Shown here one piece after another: positions 37,925-49,284 of a stretch of 64,000 bases of DNA. A program made the translations under genes and the position numbers. The stretch is from Octopus sinensis (lineage: Eukaryota), in assembly GCF_006345805.1 (NCBI RefSeq), contig NC_042999.1, positions 69,006,001 through 69,070,000 on the forward strand, written 5' to 3'. Each line of letters starts with the position of its first letter. Position 1 is the stretch's first letter. Below the pieces are notes generated by a model, which was not told the DNA's origin, made no database searches, and saw only the letters and a program-made list of their open reading frames with translations.

Positions 37925-39978
37925 ATGATGATGATGATGATGATATATATATGTATGCATGCATATATATTTATAAATTATTTATACATATACATATATA
38001 TATATGAATGTGGTCAATGCCAGTGTCTCCTGACTGATCCTGTGCTGGTGGCACATAAAAAGCACTATTCGAGTGTGGTCATTGCCAGTGCCACCTAACT
38101 GGCCCCCATGCCAGTGGCATGAAAAAAGCACCCACTACACTCTTGGAGTGGTTGGTGTTAGGATGGGTATCCAGCTGTCGAAACCTTGCCAGATCAGACT
38201 GGAGCCTGGTGCAGCCTTCTTGCTTGCCAGTCCCCAGTCAAACCGTCCAACCCATGCCAGTATGGAAAGTGGATGTTAAACAATGATTATGATATACATA
38301 TACATTGTGTGGAAACAACTGTAGTGATTAAGAAATAACTGTCCAACATACTGCTCATTGACTCCAATTTCTTCAATTATATATTTGCACACACACACAC
38401 ACACATATATATATACATATATATAAATATATATCAAGAAGGCAATGACAAATGACTGCGACCTTTGGCATTATGCTGTGCTGAGAAGAAGACCCATCAA
38501 GCCAAGTGGAACTGCAGTTGGGGAAGATACTTATTTCTTTACTACCTACAAGGGGCTAAACATAGAGGGGACGAACAAGGACAGACAAACGAATTAAGTT
38601 GATTATATAGACCCCAGTGTGTAACTGGTACTTAATTTATTGACCCCGAAAGGATGAAAGGCAAAGTCGACCTCGGCAGAATTTGAACTCAGAATGTAAC
38701 GGCAGACAAAATACGGCTACGCATTTCGCCCGGCATGCTAACGTTTCTGCCAGCTCGCCGCCTTGGGGAAGATACTGGTGTCATGCAAATGGTACCCATG
38801 CTGGTGGCACATAAAAGCATGCACTACACTCTCAGAGTGGTTGGCATTAGGGACAATATCCAACTGTAAAAACCATGCCTTCCAACTTGCTGGCTCTGGT
38901 TAAACCGTCCAACCCATGCCAGTATAGATCAGATACATTAAATAATGATGATGATGATGATGATATATATATGTATGCATGCATATATATTTATAAATTA
39001 TTTATACATATACATATATATATATGAATGTGGTCAATGCCAGTGTCTCCTGACTGATCCTGTGCTGGTGGCACATAAAAAGCACTATTCGAGTGTGGTC
39101 ATTGCCAGTGCCACCTAACTGGCCCCCATGCCAGTGGCATGAAAAAAGCACCCACTACACTCTTGGAGTGGTTGGTGTTAGGATGGGTATCCAGCTGTCG
39201 AAACCTTGCCAGATCAGACTGGAGCCTGGTGCAGCCTTCTTGCTTGCCAGTCCCCAGTCAAACCGTCCAACCCATGCCAGTATGGAAAGTGGATGTTAAA
39301 CAATGATTATGATATACATATACATTGTGTGGAAACAACTGTAGTGATTAAGAAATAACTGTCCAACCATACTGCTCATTGACTCCAATTTCTTCAATTA
39401 TATATTTGCACACACACACACACATATATATATACATATATATAAATATATATCAAGAAGGCAATGACAAATGACTGCGACCTTTGGCATTATGCTGTGC
39501 TTGAGAAGAAGACCCATCAAGCCAAGTGGAACTGCAGTTGGGGAAGATACTTATTTCTTTACTACCTACAAGGGGCTAAACATAGAGGGGACGAACAAGG
39601 ACAGACAAACGAATTAAGTTGATTATATAGACCCCAGTGTGTAACTGGTACTTAATTTATTGACCCCGAAAGGATGAAAGGCAAAGTCGACCTCGGCGGA
39701 ATTTGAACTCAGAACGTAATGGCAGACAAAATATGGCTACGCATTTCGCCCGGCATGCTAACGTTTCTGCCAGCTCGCCGCCTTGGGGAAGATACTGGTG
39801 TCATGCAAATGGTACCCATGCTGGTGGCACATAAAAGCATGCACTACACTCTCATAGTGGTTGGCATTAGGGACAATATCCAACTGTAAAAACCATGCCT
39901 TCCAACTTGCTGGCTCTGGTTAAAACCGTCCAACCCATGCCAGTATAGATCAGATACATTAAATAATGATGATGATGA
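37925..39978. repeat. Tandem duplication, period about 1020 bp
   Basis: Identical ORF translations at 38073 and 39093; few differences between the units. Confidence 0.95.
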
Positions 39979-40006
39979 TATACACACATATGTTCATACA
40001 TACGTA

Positions 40007-40049
<43 letters not shown>

Positions 40050-40084
40050 ATATATATAATATATATATACACACAGACACATAT

Positions 40085-40920
40085 AAATCATCATCATCAT
40101 CGTTTAACGTCCGTTTTCCATGCTAGCACGAGTTGGATGGTTCGACCGGGGTCTGGGAAGCCAGGAGGTTGCACCAGGCTCCAGTCTGATCTGGCAGTGT
40201 TTCTACAGCTGGATGCCCTTCCTAATGCCAACCACTCCGTGAGTGTAGTGGGTGCTTTTTACGTGCCAGGAGAGGCTGGCAGCGGCCCCAATTGGTTGGT
40301 GCTTTTTACGTGCCACTGACACAGAAGCCAGTCAAGGCGGCGCTGGCATCGGCCATGTTCGGATGGTGCTTTTTACATGCCACCAGCACAGGTATCACAA
40401 CTACAATTTCCATTTGATATTTATTTTGATGTAGATGTACTTGACTCAATAAGTCTCCTCAAGCACAGCAGGTCATGTGCCACCGGCACAGAAGCCAGTC
40501 AAGGCAGCGCTGGCATCGGCCACGTTCGGACGGTGCTTTTTACGTGCCGCTGGCACAGGTATCGTAACTACAATTTCCATTTGATATTTATTTTGATATT
40601 GATGTACTTGACTCAATAGGTCTCCTCAAGCACAGCAGGTCACCCTATGATCCAAGGTAAGCACAGCAGGTCGTTCTGCAATCCAAGGTACTTTGGATGG
40701 GCTGGGGCTATGCGAAACTGGTGCAGGAAGCAGCCTGGGTCTTTGCAGCCACAGCATATCTCCAGAGATCTCGGTCTTTCGTCATTGCCTCTGTGAGGCC
40801 CAATGTTCGAAGGTCATGCTTGACTACCTCATCCCATGTCTTCCTGGGTCTACCTCTCCCCCTGATACCTTCAACTGTTTGGGAGTGGCACTTCTTCACA
40901 CATCTCTCCTCTTCACACAT
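40085..40920 (-). mobile_element. RTE-clade LINE 3' end
   Basis: VEGIRGRGRPRKTWDEVVKHDLRTLGLTEAMTKDRDLWR followed by the family 3'UTR and (GAT)n tail. Confidence 0.85.
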
Positions 40921-41286
40921 CTATATATATATATATATATATAAAATGTATTTGTATGCTTGTGTGTTTCTATACCTACTCTAATGCAAATTAAAGTTAT
41001 GTCACCATAACTCAGATCTCACTTGGAGACAATGTGTCAAGTAGTAATCAAAGTCCGTTTCTTCTAAAAGATATTTTGTTATCAAGGTGATTATTTTGTG
41101 GGGCATTGACCTTATCTACACACTGTGCATTTACAATACAATTCATATATGCATACATACATACATATCTACATAATTAATAACATCAAAGGGTAATCAG
41201 AAATATTAGAAATTTCTGTTACCTGTGGCCTAGCGTGTAAAACTTTAGTCAATAGACTATATATTATTCACATAAATACAGTGTAC

Positions 41287-41642
41287 ATTTAAACACATAA
41301 GTGGCATCCATCATAGGACTCCTTGTACGCTAGGGAGACAAATTCCAAACCACTGTTAGGGATAAAATTTCGAAGGGAATGAAAAATAAAAACATTTGCC
41401 ATTTAACTCCTGGACCGATGGTTTCAGACTTTTTGTAGCAAATACCTGCTGAAGAAAACTTCACCTAGCAAATTATTTTACTTGCTAAAAAATGTCTGAA
41501 AAGCATTGGTCCAGGAGTTAGCTAGTAAATGTTTTTATTTTTCATTCCCTTTGAAATTTTATCCTTAATAGTGGTTTGGAATTTAACTGTTCTCTCTAGC
41601 GCGCAAGGAGTCCTATGATGGATGCCTCTTATGTGTTTAAAT
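41287..41642. repeat. Long foldback element (about 355 bp)
   Basis: GGCATCCATCATAGGACTCCTTG pairs with CAAGGAGTCCTATGATGGATGCC, and pairing continues to a short central loop near 41440-41480. Confidence 0.85.
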
Positions 41643-41649
41643 TTATGGG

Positions 41650-43544
41650 CGCTTGTCAGCGTGCATTGGAGCGGTTCAACTTCTCCAGGCGCCACGCCGC
41701 CTCAACATCTCCCCGGCTGAGCTCTTGGTCTTCGTTCCTCCAACGGCGCGCTGACATATCATCAAACTGGCTGACAAGGGTGGAGCTGTAGTGGTGTGGC
41801 GCGCGGACCTCTATAGGGCCGAGGCTTTCCGCCAACTCAATGACACCTCCTTCTATTCCCCTCTGCCCTCTAACCCCCACAGTAGCTACCAACAGACGGT
41901 ATCCTCTACTGTCCAAGACCTCATCTCGTCCTCCCGTCTCCCCCGCACCGCATCCAACCTAATTGTGCGAACCCACGTACCCCCACCATTTACTTCCTCC
42001 CAAAATCCACAAACCCAACAACCCTGGCCGCCCCATCGTCTCCGCCTGTAACTGCCCCACGGAGCTCATCTCTAAATACCTCGACCGTGTCCTTGCCCCC
42101 CTAGTGGCATCTCTTCCCTCCCACATCCACGATACCAACCATGCTCTCCGGCTTTTCAACTCTTTCTCCTTTCCTCCCGGCTCCTCCAAAATCCTTTTTA
42201 CTATGGACATCCAAAGCCTCTATACTGTTATCCCACCACGAAGGACTGCAGGCCCTTCGACACTTTCTTGACCTCCGCTCTAACCCTGTACCTGACACCT
42301 CCACACTCATTCGTCTGGCCGAACTGTCCTTACTCTGAACTGCTTCTCGTTCGCGGGCGAGTTCTACCATCAGGTCTCGGGAGTGGCCATGGGAACGCGA
42401 ATGGGCCCCAACTATGCGAACCTGTTCGTTGGCTATGTTGAGGCCCAAATATTCTCTAATTTCACTGGTCCCACTCCTGAACTATATGGTCGTTATATTG
42501 ACGACATTATCGGTGCCCCTCACTCTCCAGCGAACATCTAGATTCCTTCCTCTCTTTCGTCCAATCTTTCCATCCAGCCCTCCACTTCACTTCCACTATC
42601 TCCAACACCTCTGTCTCCTTCCTCGACATTTCGGTTAGCATTCTTCACTCCACTCTTACCACCTCCATTCACTACAAACACACAGATTCACACTCATACC
42701 TCAACTTCTCTTCCTCCACCCAGAACACACCAAGCTTTCCATCCCCTATTCCCAATTCCTCCATCTACGTAGGCTCTGTAGTGACGACCATGACTTTGAG
42801 ACTCAGTCTCAACGTATGGCTCACCACTTCACCCTACGTGGATACCCCCTCACCACTATCCACACCACCCTTGCCAGAGCACGGTCCGTGGACCGTGTAT
42901 CTGCTCCTCTCCCCGAAACCCGCCCTGTAGTCTCCCGCTTCCCATTTCCCCTCAATTACCACCCCACGACCCTACGTCTCCAACGCACCATTCTTCGAGC
43001 TTTCCGTCATCTCCAGTCCGACCGTCCACTTCACACCTCTTCCCTAACTGACCCCTCCCCCTTTCAAACGAGCCCACAACCTTCGAGACCTTTTGGTCCA
43101 TAGCTCCTTCCCTGACCCTACCTCCCAACCCGGCTCGTTCCCCTGCTCCCGCCCACGTTGCCGCACTTGCCCTACCTCTCCAACACACCCGCCTCACTAG
43201 CACCCACCATCGACCCTATCACTCATTCCACTCCTTCACTGCACCTCCAGCAATATTATCTATTGCATCTCTTGCTCTCTCTGCAATTCCTTGTACATCG
43301 GACAAACGGGACGCCGCTTGGTGACCGGTTCGCGGAACACCTTCGTGACATCCACCTTGCGAACGAACACACCGGTCTCACGCCATTTCCGCTCCACCGG
43401 TCACTCCTTGCAACACCTATCTGTGTTCGGTTTGTCCTTACACAGAGCCATCCGGATTCCCGTTTGCGCCGTGAACAGGAATTAATCTTCTCTCTTCGCT
43501 CTTATACGCCATTGGTCTCAACTCTCCCCCCCCTCCTCATCTAA
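41650..43544 (+). mobile_element. Penelope-like retroelement (RT + GIY-YIG endonuclease), 5'-truncated and frameshifted, probably Neptune-type
   Basis: Motifs read across frames: ADKGGAVVVW, KIHKPNNPGRPIVS, MDIQSLYTVIP, GVAMGTRMGPNYANLF, RYIDD (42494-42505), CSRPRCRTC linker, IYCISC...LYIGQTGR...RFAEH. Several single-base frameshifts. Confidence 0.93.
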
Positions 43545-43820
43545 CCCCCCTCTCCACCTATCCTTCCCCCCCGACCCTACTTCTTCAGTCCTTCATCCTT
43601 TCACCCTACTCCCCTTCCCTTCTTCCCTCTTTCTCCCTCCCTCCTTCCCTCTTCTCCCTCCCTCCTTCCTCTTCCCCTTCCCTCTGCTCCCTCACTCCCC
43701 TTCTCTCTCTCCCTCTCTCTTTCTCCTCCTCCCCCTCCTTCCTCCCCTCCTCCCCCCCTCCTCCCCCTCTTCTTCCCCTCCCCTTCTCCCCCTCTTCTCC
43801 CCCTCCCCCTCTTCTCCTCA
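43545..43820. repeat. Polypyrimidine (CT/CCT-rich) tract following the PLE ORF
   Basis: About 270 nt that are almost purely C/T on the plus strand. Confidence 0.9.
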
Positions 43821-44523
43821 CTACACCACACGACTTTACACATCACATCATATATGATGTGCCATACTAATACATACACCAACTAATACATGCTAATACG
43901 TACTAATACATACTAATACATACTAAACTGAGGATAATAATCATCTCCTCTTGCTGACATCCTAGTTGCTCTTAGTTCTAAAGTGATATTTTGATATTTC
44001 TATGTGTAACAATCTAAGTAAATTTGTATGTGTGTGTATATATGTATGTATGTAAGTATATATATGCTTATATACAAATATGTCTATACATATACACAAA
44101 TATGTATGTTTTCAAATAATACATATGTATATATATATATATACATACACATACACGCCACATACATACAAACACACAAACACAAGTTTGTTGCTATATA
44201 TTTGGTCATTACCTGTGGTTGACCTTTTGGAAATGTATAGAATTATCCTGAATCAGGCTATGATTGTTTTTAAAAATATCTTATATTTTATGTCTCACAT
44301 ATACACACAGGTGCATACTCACAAATATTTCATGTTTGGTTTAATAACTATAATTTTATCATATCGACTCGTGACCATTTTCATAGATTTCCAAGCTATT
44401 TCCACACTACCAGACTCCCCTTGTATATAAACAAAGGGAAGAAAGCCTTGTTAATATGTCTTGAAATTTTGGAGCCATAACTACAAAATGTTGTTAATTG
44501 TTGTCTTGTTTAACTAGTTATAG

Positions 44524-44887
44524 AATGCTATTGGTTTGAATAATTTCAATATTGGTAAAAGTTTGTGGTTACAGATCAGAGACTGGAGGCATCTTGAAGA
44601 ACTTGAGAACAAGTACAACATATGATAAGGTTTGCAGTTATCATAAAGACTTTTACCGACCTGAAAATCTTTGCCTAATCATAACGGGTCAACTGAGTAA
44701 TGACGACCTATTTCATCAACTGCAGAAGTTTGAAGAAAAGATCGTTAAAAAGAATAATAAAGCTCCATTCTCTCGGCCATGGCAATCATCCATAACTCCA
44801 TTGACTGGATCACTTGTAAAAGCAATTCTTTACCCTTCAGATGAAGACACTCATGGTTTAGTTCTCTCTGCATGGAGAGGTCCACAT
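44524..44887 (+). pseudogene. Orphan exon of an M16-family metallopeptidase (C05D11.1-like / insulinase-like)
   Basis: Reads CGYRSETGGILKNLRTSTTYDKVCSYHKDFYRPENLCLIITGQ...RPWQS...YPSDED.HGLV..AWRGP, recognised from memory as C05D11.1-like. The reading frame runs into repeat sequence at about 44889 with no good donor, and no other exons were found. Confidence 0.75.
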
Positions 44888-45334
44888 TCACCAACCCTAT
44901 ACATACACACGTCCAGACCCCTCATACGCACTTATACTCTCTCATACACACACACACACACTTATACATACTAATACGTACTAATACATACTAATACATA
45001 CTAATACATACACCAACCCCATACATACGCACGTCCAGACCTATCCTACGCACTAATACTCTCTCATACACACACACACACATACACCCTTATACATACT
45101 AATACATACTAATACATACACCAACCCTATACATACACACATCCAGACCCCTCCTACGCACTAATAGCTGGTCATTCAACCCTATTATCAACCCTATTAT
45201 CTCCCCTTATTTCGCTCTCGCGTCTCATGTTTGATCTTTGATCTGGCCGAAATCAGATCGCCATGTTGATTAGTTAGTTACTGCACGCATTTTTTTTCTC
45301 TCCTTCTTTCTGTGTTTTTTTTTCTCTCTGTGTA

Positions 45335-45372
45335 TCTTTCTGTTGAAGAGCGTAGGCTCGAAACGTTAAAGA
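45335..45372 (+). ncRNA. Minimal hammerhead-like motif with variant core
   Basis: TCTTT-CTGTTGA-A-GAGC(GTAG)GCTC-GAA-ACGT-T-AAAGA. Stems I and II are perfect, stem III is the palindrome ACGT, and the core has an A6-to-U change. Confidence 0.5.
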
Positions 45373-45469
45373 CTTGTTTTATTTATATTTCCTGAGCGCC
45401 ATACTAATACAATTGTTTGTTTGTTTTCCGCCTGCCTTCGTCTTTTGTCTATTTTCATAAAGCTTCCCG

Positions 45470-45501
<32 letters not shown>

Positions 45502-45505
<4 letters not shown>

Positions 45506-46383
45506 CTCTATCTAGCTCAGTAACATATCATTCATGTAAATTATTCTTTCAGTATTCTCTCATTACTCTGTCTAGCTCAAATATGTTTTTCGTTTAGTCT
45601 TGTTTCCCTGTTGCTCCCGATTCATAGCCACTTATCTTTCCCCTAAAATCATGACTTTCTCAGATTTTTCAAACCTACTTTCTTGCTCACACGATTAACA
45701 GAACCTCTTCCTAGTTTATGGACTAGTTAGATTGCCTGACGAACTCAGATTTTACCTTTTTTCCCCCCAAGTCTATATTAATTATCAAATAATAAATATT
45801 ATCGACACTGCCGTCCCCTTTCAACTATGCTAGTCAAAGTTCCTCACACCACTTCCTCCCATGTGTTCCTTGACCACCTCTTTCCCCCCCTCTCTAACTA
45901 ACCCTGTCTCTCTCCCTATGTTTCCCTATGTCCCCCTCTTTCCATAACCACCATCGCCATATATAAACGAGCGAACGCATAATCGGTAATCCCACATGCT
46001 TCCAAATCCCTAACGAAGAATTACGCACAGCTCATGAATGGTTAAAGTTAAGAAATTCTTCTTTCAACCTCGCTTTCCTCTACCTTCTATCTTTGCACGT
46101 ATCATCATTATTCTTTCATTATTCTTCGATTACTCTCTCATTATATTATTCTTCAGTACTCTCTCACTATATTATTCTTTCAGTATTCTCTCATTATTCT
46201 GTCTAGCTCAGTAACATGCCATTCATGTAAATTATTCTTTCAGTATTCTCTCATTACTCTGTCTAGCTCAAATATGTTTTTCGTTTAGTCTTGTCTCCCT
46301 GTTGCTCCCGATTCATAGCCACTTATCTTTCCCCTAAAATCATGACTTTCTCAGATTTTTCAAACCTACTTTCTTGCTCACAC
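45502..46383. repeat. Direct repeat of about 190 bp (45502-45692 and 46196-46383)
   Basis: CTGTCTAGCTCAAATATGTTTTTCGTTTAGTC...CTTGCTCACACG is present twice. Confidence 0.85.
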
Positions 46384-46511
46384 GAGCATGGCCGCAGTCA
46401 AAGGACTGAAACAAGTAAAAGAGTAAAAGAGTCCGAATGAAGATGGTGATAAAGCAGATGTAAAATGATTCATAAGGGGTCTGGAACATGTATACAGTCT
46501 ATGTATAAAGT

Positions 46512-46595
46512 CTTACAGCCGTTTCGGAAAGATATAGGTTGCTATGGGCGAGCTAACTCCAATCATAGCAATACTCGGTATTTCTCTCATCAGAG
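46512..46595 (-). ncRNA. Hammerhead ribozyme motif, intact core, weak stem I
   Basis: CT-CTGATGA-G...C-GAAAC(GGCT)GT-A-AG. Long branched stem II; only 2 bp of stem I. Confidence 0.55.
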
Positions 46596-47127
46596 TTAAT
46601 AGAATCACAAGGTTCAAATTTTAAAGGCTAAAGGTGTGTTACATAAAAATCAAATGTTTGATCGGACCATCATCTTTGGACATATGATATTAAACACAGT
46701 ATATATATATATATATAATACATATATATGGTGATTAGACATATTCTTTACAGAGCACTGGAAACGAACGACCACGCCTGTATGACAGTGATGCTCATTT
46801 ACAACTATCACAGGATGTCAAGAGAAGTGTGCAGACTAATACACACACACACTCTCTCTCTCTCTCTCTCTCTCCCTCCCTCTCTCATCTTTTACTTGTT
46901 TCAGTCATTAGATAGCGACCATGCTGAGGCACTCCCTTGAAGAATTTTACTTAAACAGATCGTTCCTAGCATTTATTTTTTTTAAGCCTTGTACTAATTC
47001 CAACAGTCTCTTTTTGCCAAATTACTTAGGAGGATGTAAACACACCAACATCAATTATCAAGCTGTTGGGGTGGAGAACAAACAGAAACAAGAGTGCACA
47101 CACATTATATGTATGTATAATATGTTT

Positions 47128-47178
<51 letters not shown>

Positions 47179-47396
47179 TTATATATATTTATATAATAAT
47201 TCAATTTTAAAAATTTAAAGAAAAGTTCTTTTAAAAGATATTTGTATAGTGTTCAAATATAAGTAGCATTTTCCTTGTTTCTGCCTTTCACTGTCTCTCT
47301 TGTTTACACTTGTGCGTTCGAGGTCTCAAAATGACTGAAACCGGTACTGAAATGTTCTTTATAAAATTATTTTAGCATTTTCTATCTGACTTGTTT

Positions 47397-47399
<3 letters not shown>

Positions 47400-47455
<56 letters not shown>

Positions 47456-48318
47456 CGTATGTGTGTGTGAGAGAGAGAGAGAGAAATATAGGTTTAAGTA
47501 GAACAATTCAAACTTTTTTGAGAAGGAAGTAATTCTAATAAATTTATCATATTCAGAAATATCCTGCTAGAGCAAGCAATAAGAATGTGAAAATAACAAT
47601 TGAAAAGTTTGTTATGGTATATAAGATACCCTGAACAATTATAAAAAGTGAGAAAAGATGTTAAAAATATCAAAATTAGATTTAATAAGCACATACAAAT
47701 GTTTCAAAGGGCAATACAAATATGTCAGAAAAAATTTATAATAATAATACTTATAATTAAAGTTATGTATTTTCATTCTTGTCAGTGTGAAGAGTTTAAG
47801 GAAAAAACATTCAAGAAAGTTATTAATAAAAATCAAAAAGCAAAAGCAAATGGGATAATTTTGATTTTTTAACATCTTTTCTTCATTTTTATAATCGTTT
47901 ATGGTATTTTTATACCTTTAACGAACTTTTTATACCTATAATGTACTGTGAAGGCGCATGGCTCAGTGGTTAGGGTGTTGAGCTTAAGATCGTGAGGTTG
48001 TGAGTCTGATTCCCAGCCTGGGTTGTGTGTTGTGTTCTTGAGCAAGACACTTTATTACTCCAGTTCACTCACCTGTAAGAATGAGTTGCAACGTCACTGG
48101 TGCCAAGCTGTATCAGACCCTTGGCCTTTCCCATGGAAAACATCGGTGGCTTGGAGAGGGGAAGCCGGTATCCATGGGTGACTGCTGGTCTTCCGTAAAA
48201 ACAACACTAGGTGGGGCATTCACCAGTGAGGTGACTTTCTGTCCAGATTTGTACTCCAGAGGGGAATCTCTTAGGTGCACCCATGGTCATTCCTGACTGA
48301 CAGAGTCAAGTTAAGTGT

Positions 48319-48373
<55 letters not shown>

Positions 48374-49240
48374 CGTATGTGTGTGTGAGAGAGAGAGAGA
48401 GAAATATAGGTTTAAGTAGAACAATTCAAACTTTTTTGAGAAGGAAGTAATTTCTAATAAAAATTTATCATATTCAGAAATATCCTGCTAGAGCAAGCAA
48501 TAAGAATGTGAAAATAACAATTGAAAAGTTTGTTATAGGTATAAAGATACCCTGAACAATTATAAAAAGTGAGAAAAGATGTTAAAAATATCAAAATTAG
48601 ATTTAATAAGCACATACAAATGTTTCAAAGGGCAATACAAATATGTCAGAAAAAATTTATAATAATATACTTATAATTAAAGTTATGTATTTTCATTCTT
48701 GTCAGTGTGAAGAGTTTAAGGAAAAAACATTCAAGAAAGTTATTAATAAAAATCAAAAAGCAAAAGCAAATGGGATAATTTTGATTTTTTAACATCTTTT
48801 CTTCATTTTTATAATCGTTTATGGTATTTTTATACCTTTAACGAACTTTTTATACCTATAATGTACTGTGAAGGCGCATGGCTCAGTGGTTAGGGTGTTG
48901 AGCTTAAGATCGTGAGGTTGTGAGTCTGATTCCCAGCCTGGGTTGTGTGTTGTGTTCTTGAGCAAGACACTTTATTACTCCAGTTCACTCACCTGTAAGA
49001 ATGAGTTGCAACGTCACTGGTGCCAAGCTGTATCAGACCCTTTGCCTTTCCCATGGAAAACATCGGTGGCTTGGAGAGGGGAAGCCGGTATCCATGGGTG
49101 ACTGCTGGTCTTCCGTAAAAACAACACTAGGTGGGGCATTCACCAGTGAGGTGACTTTCTGTCCAGATTTGTACTCCAGAGGGGAATCTCTTAGGTGCAC
49201 CCATGGTCATTCCTGACTGACAGAGTCAAGTTAAGTGTTA
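47400..49240. repeat. Tandem duplication, period about 920 bp
   Basis: Near-identical ORFs at 48081 and 49001; the junction lies in (AT)n. Confidence 0.95.
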
Positions 49241-49246
49241 TATATA

Positions 49247-49284
<38 letters not shown>

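Larger units (their letters stand above)
43820..45470 (+). mobile_element. 3' tail/pLTR of the Penelope-like element with ACTAATACAT-type repeats, interrupted by host-derived sequence (about 43927-44888)
   Basis: The same ACTAATACAT/CCAACCCTATAC repeat block lies on both sides of the interruption, and a hammerhead-like motif sits near its 3' end. Confidence 0.55.

Noticed and set aside
40280-40620. Regularly spaced repeats resembling a CRISPR array
   Set aside because: They are internal repeats of a eukaryotic LINE 3'UTR, with no unique spacers and no cas genes.
47951-48030. tRNA-like sequences at SINE heads
   Set aside because: No complete cloverleaf or acceptor stem, and they continue into SINE bodies; not tRNA genes.
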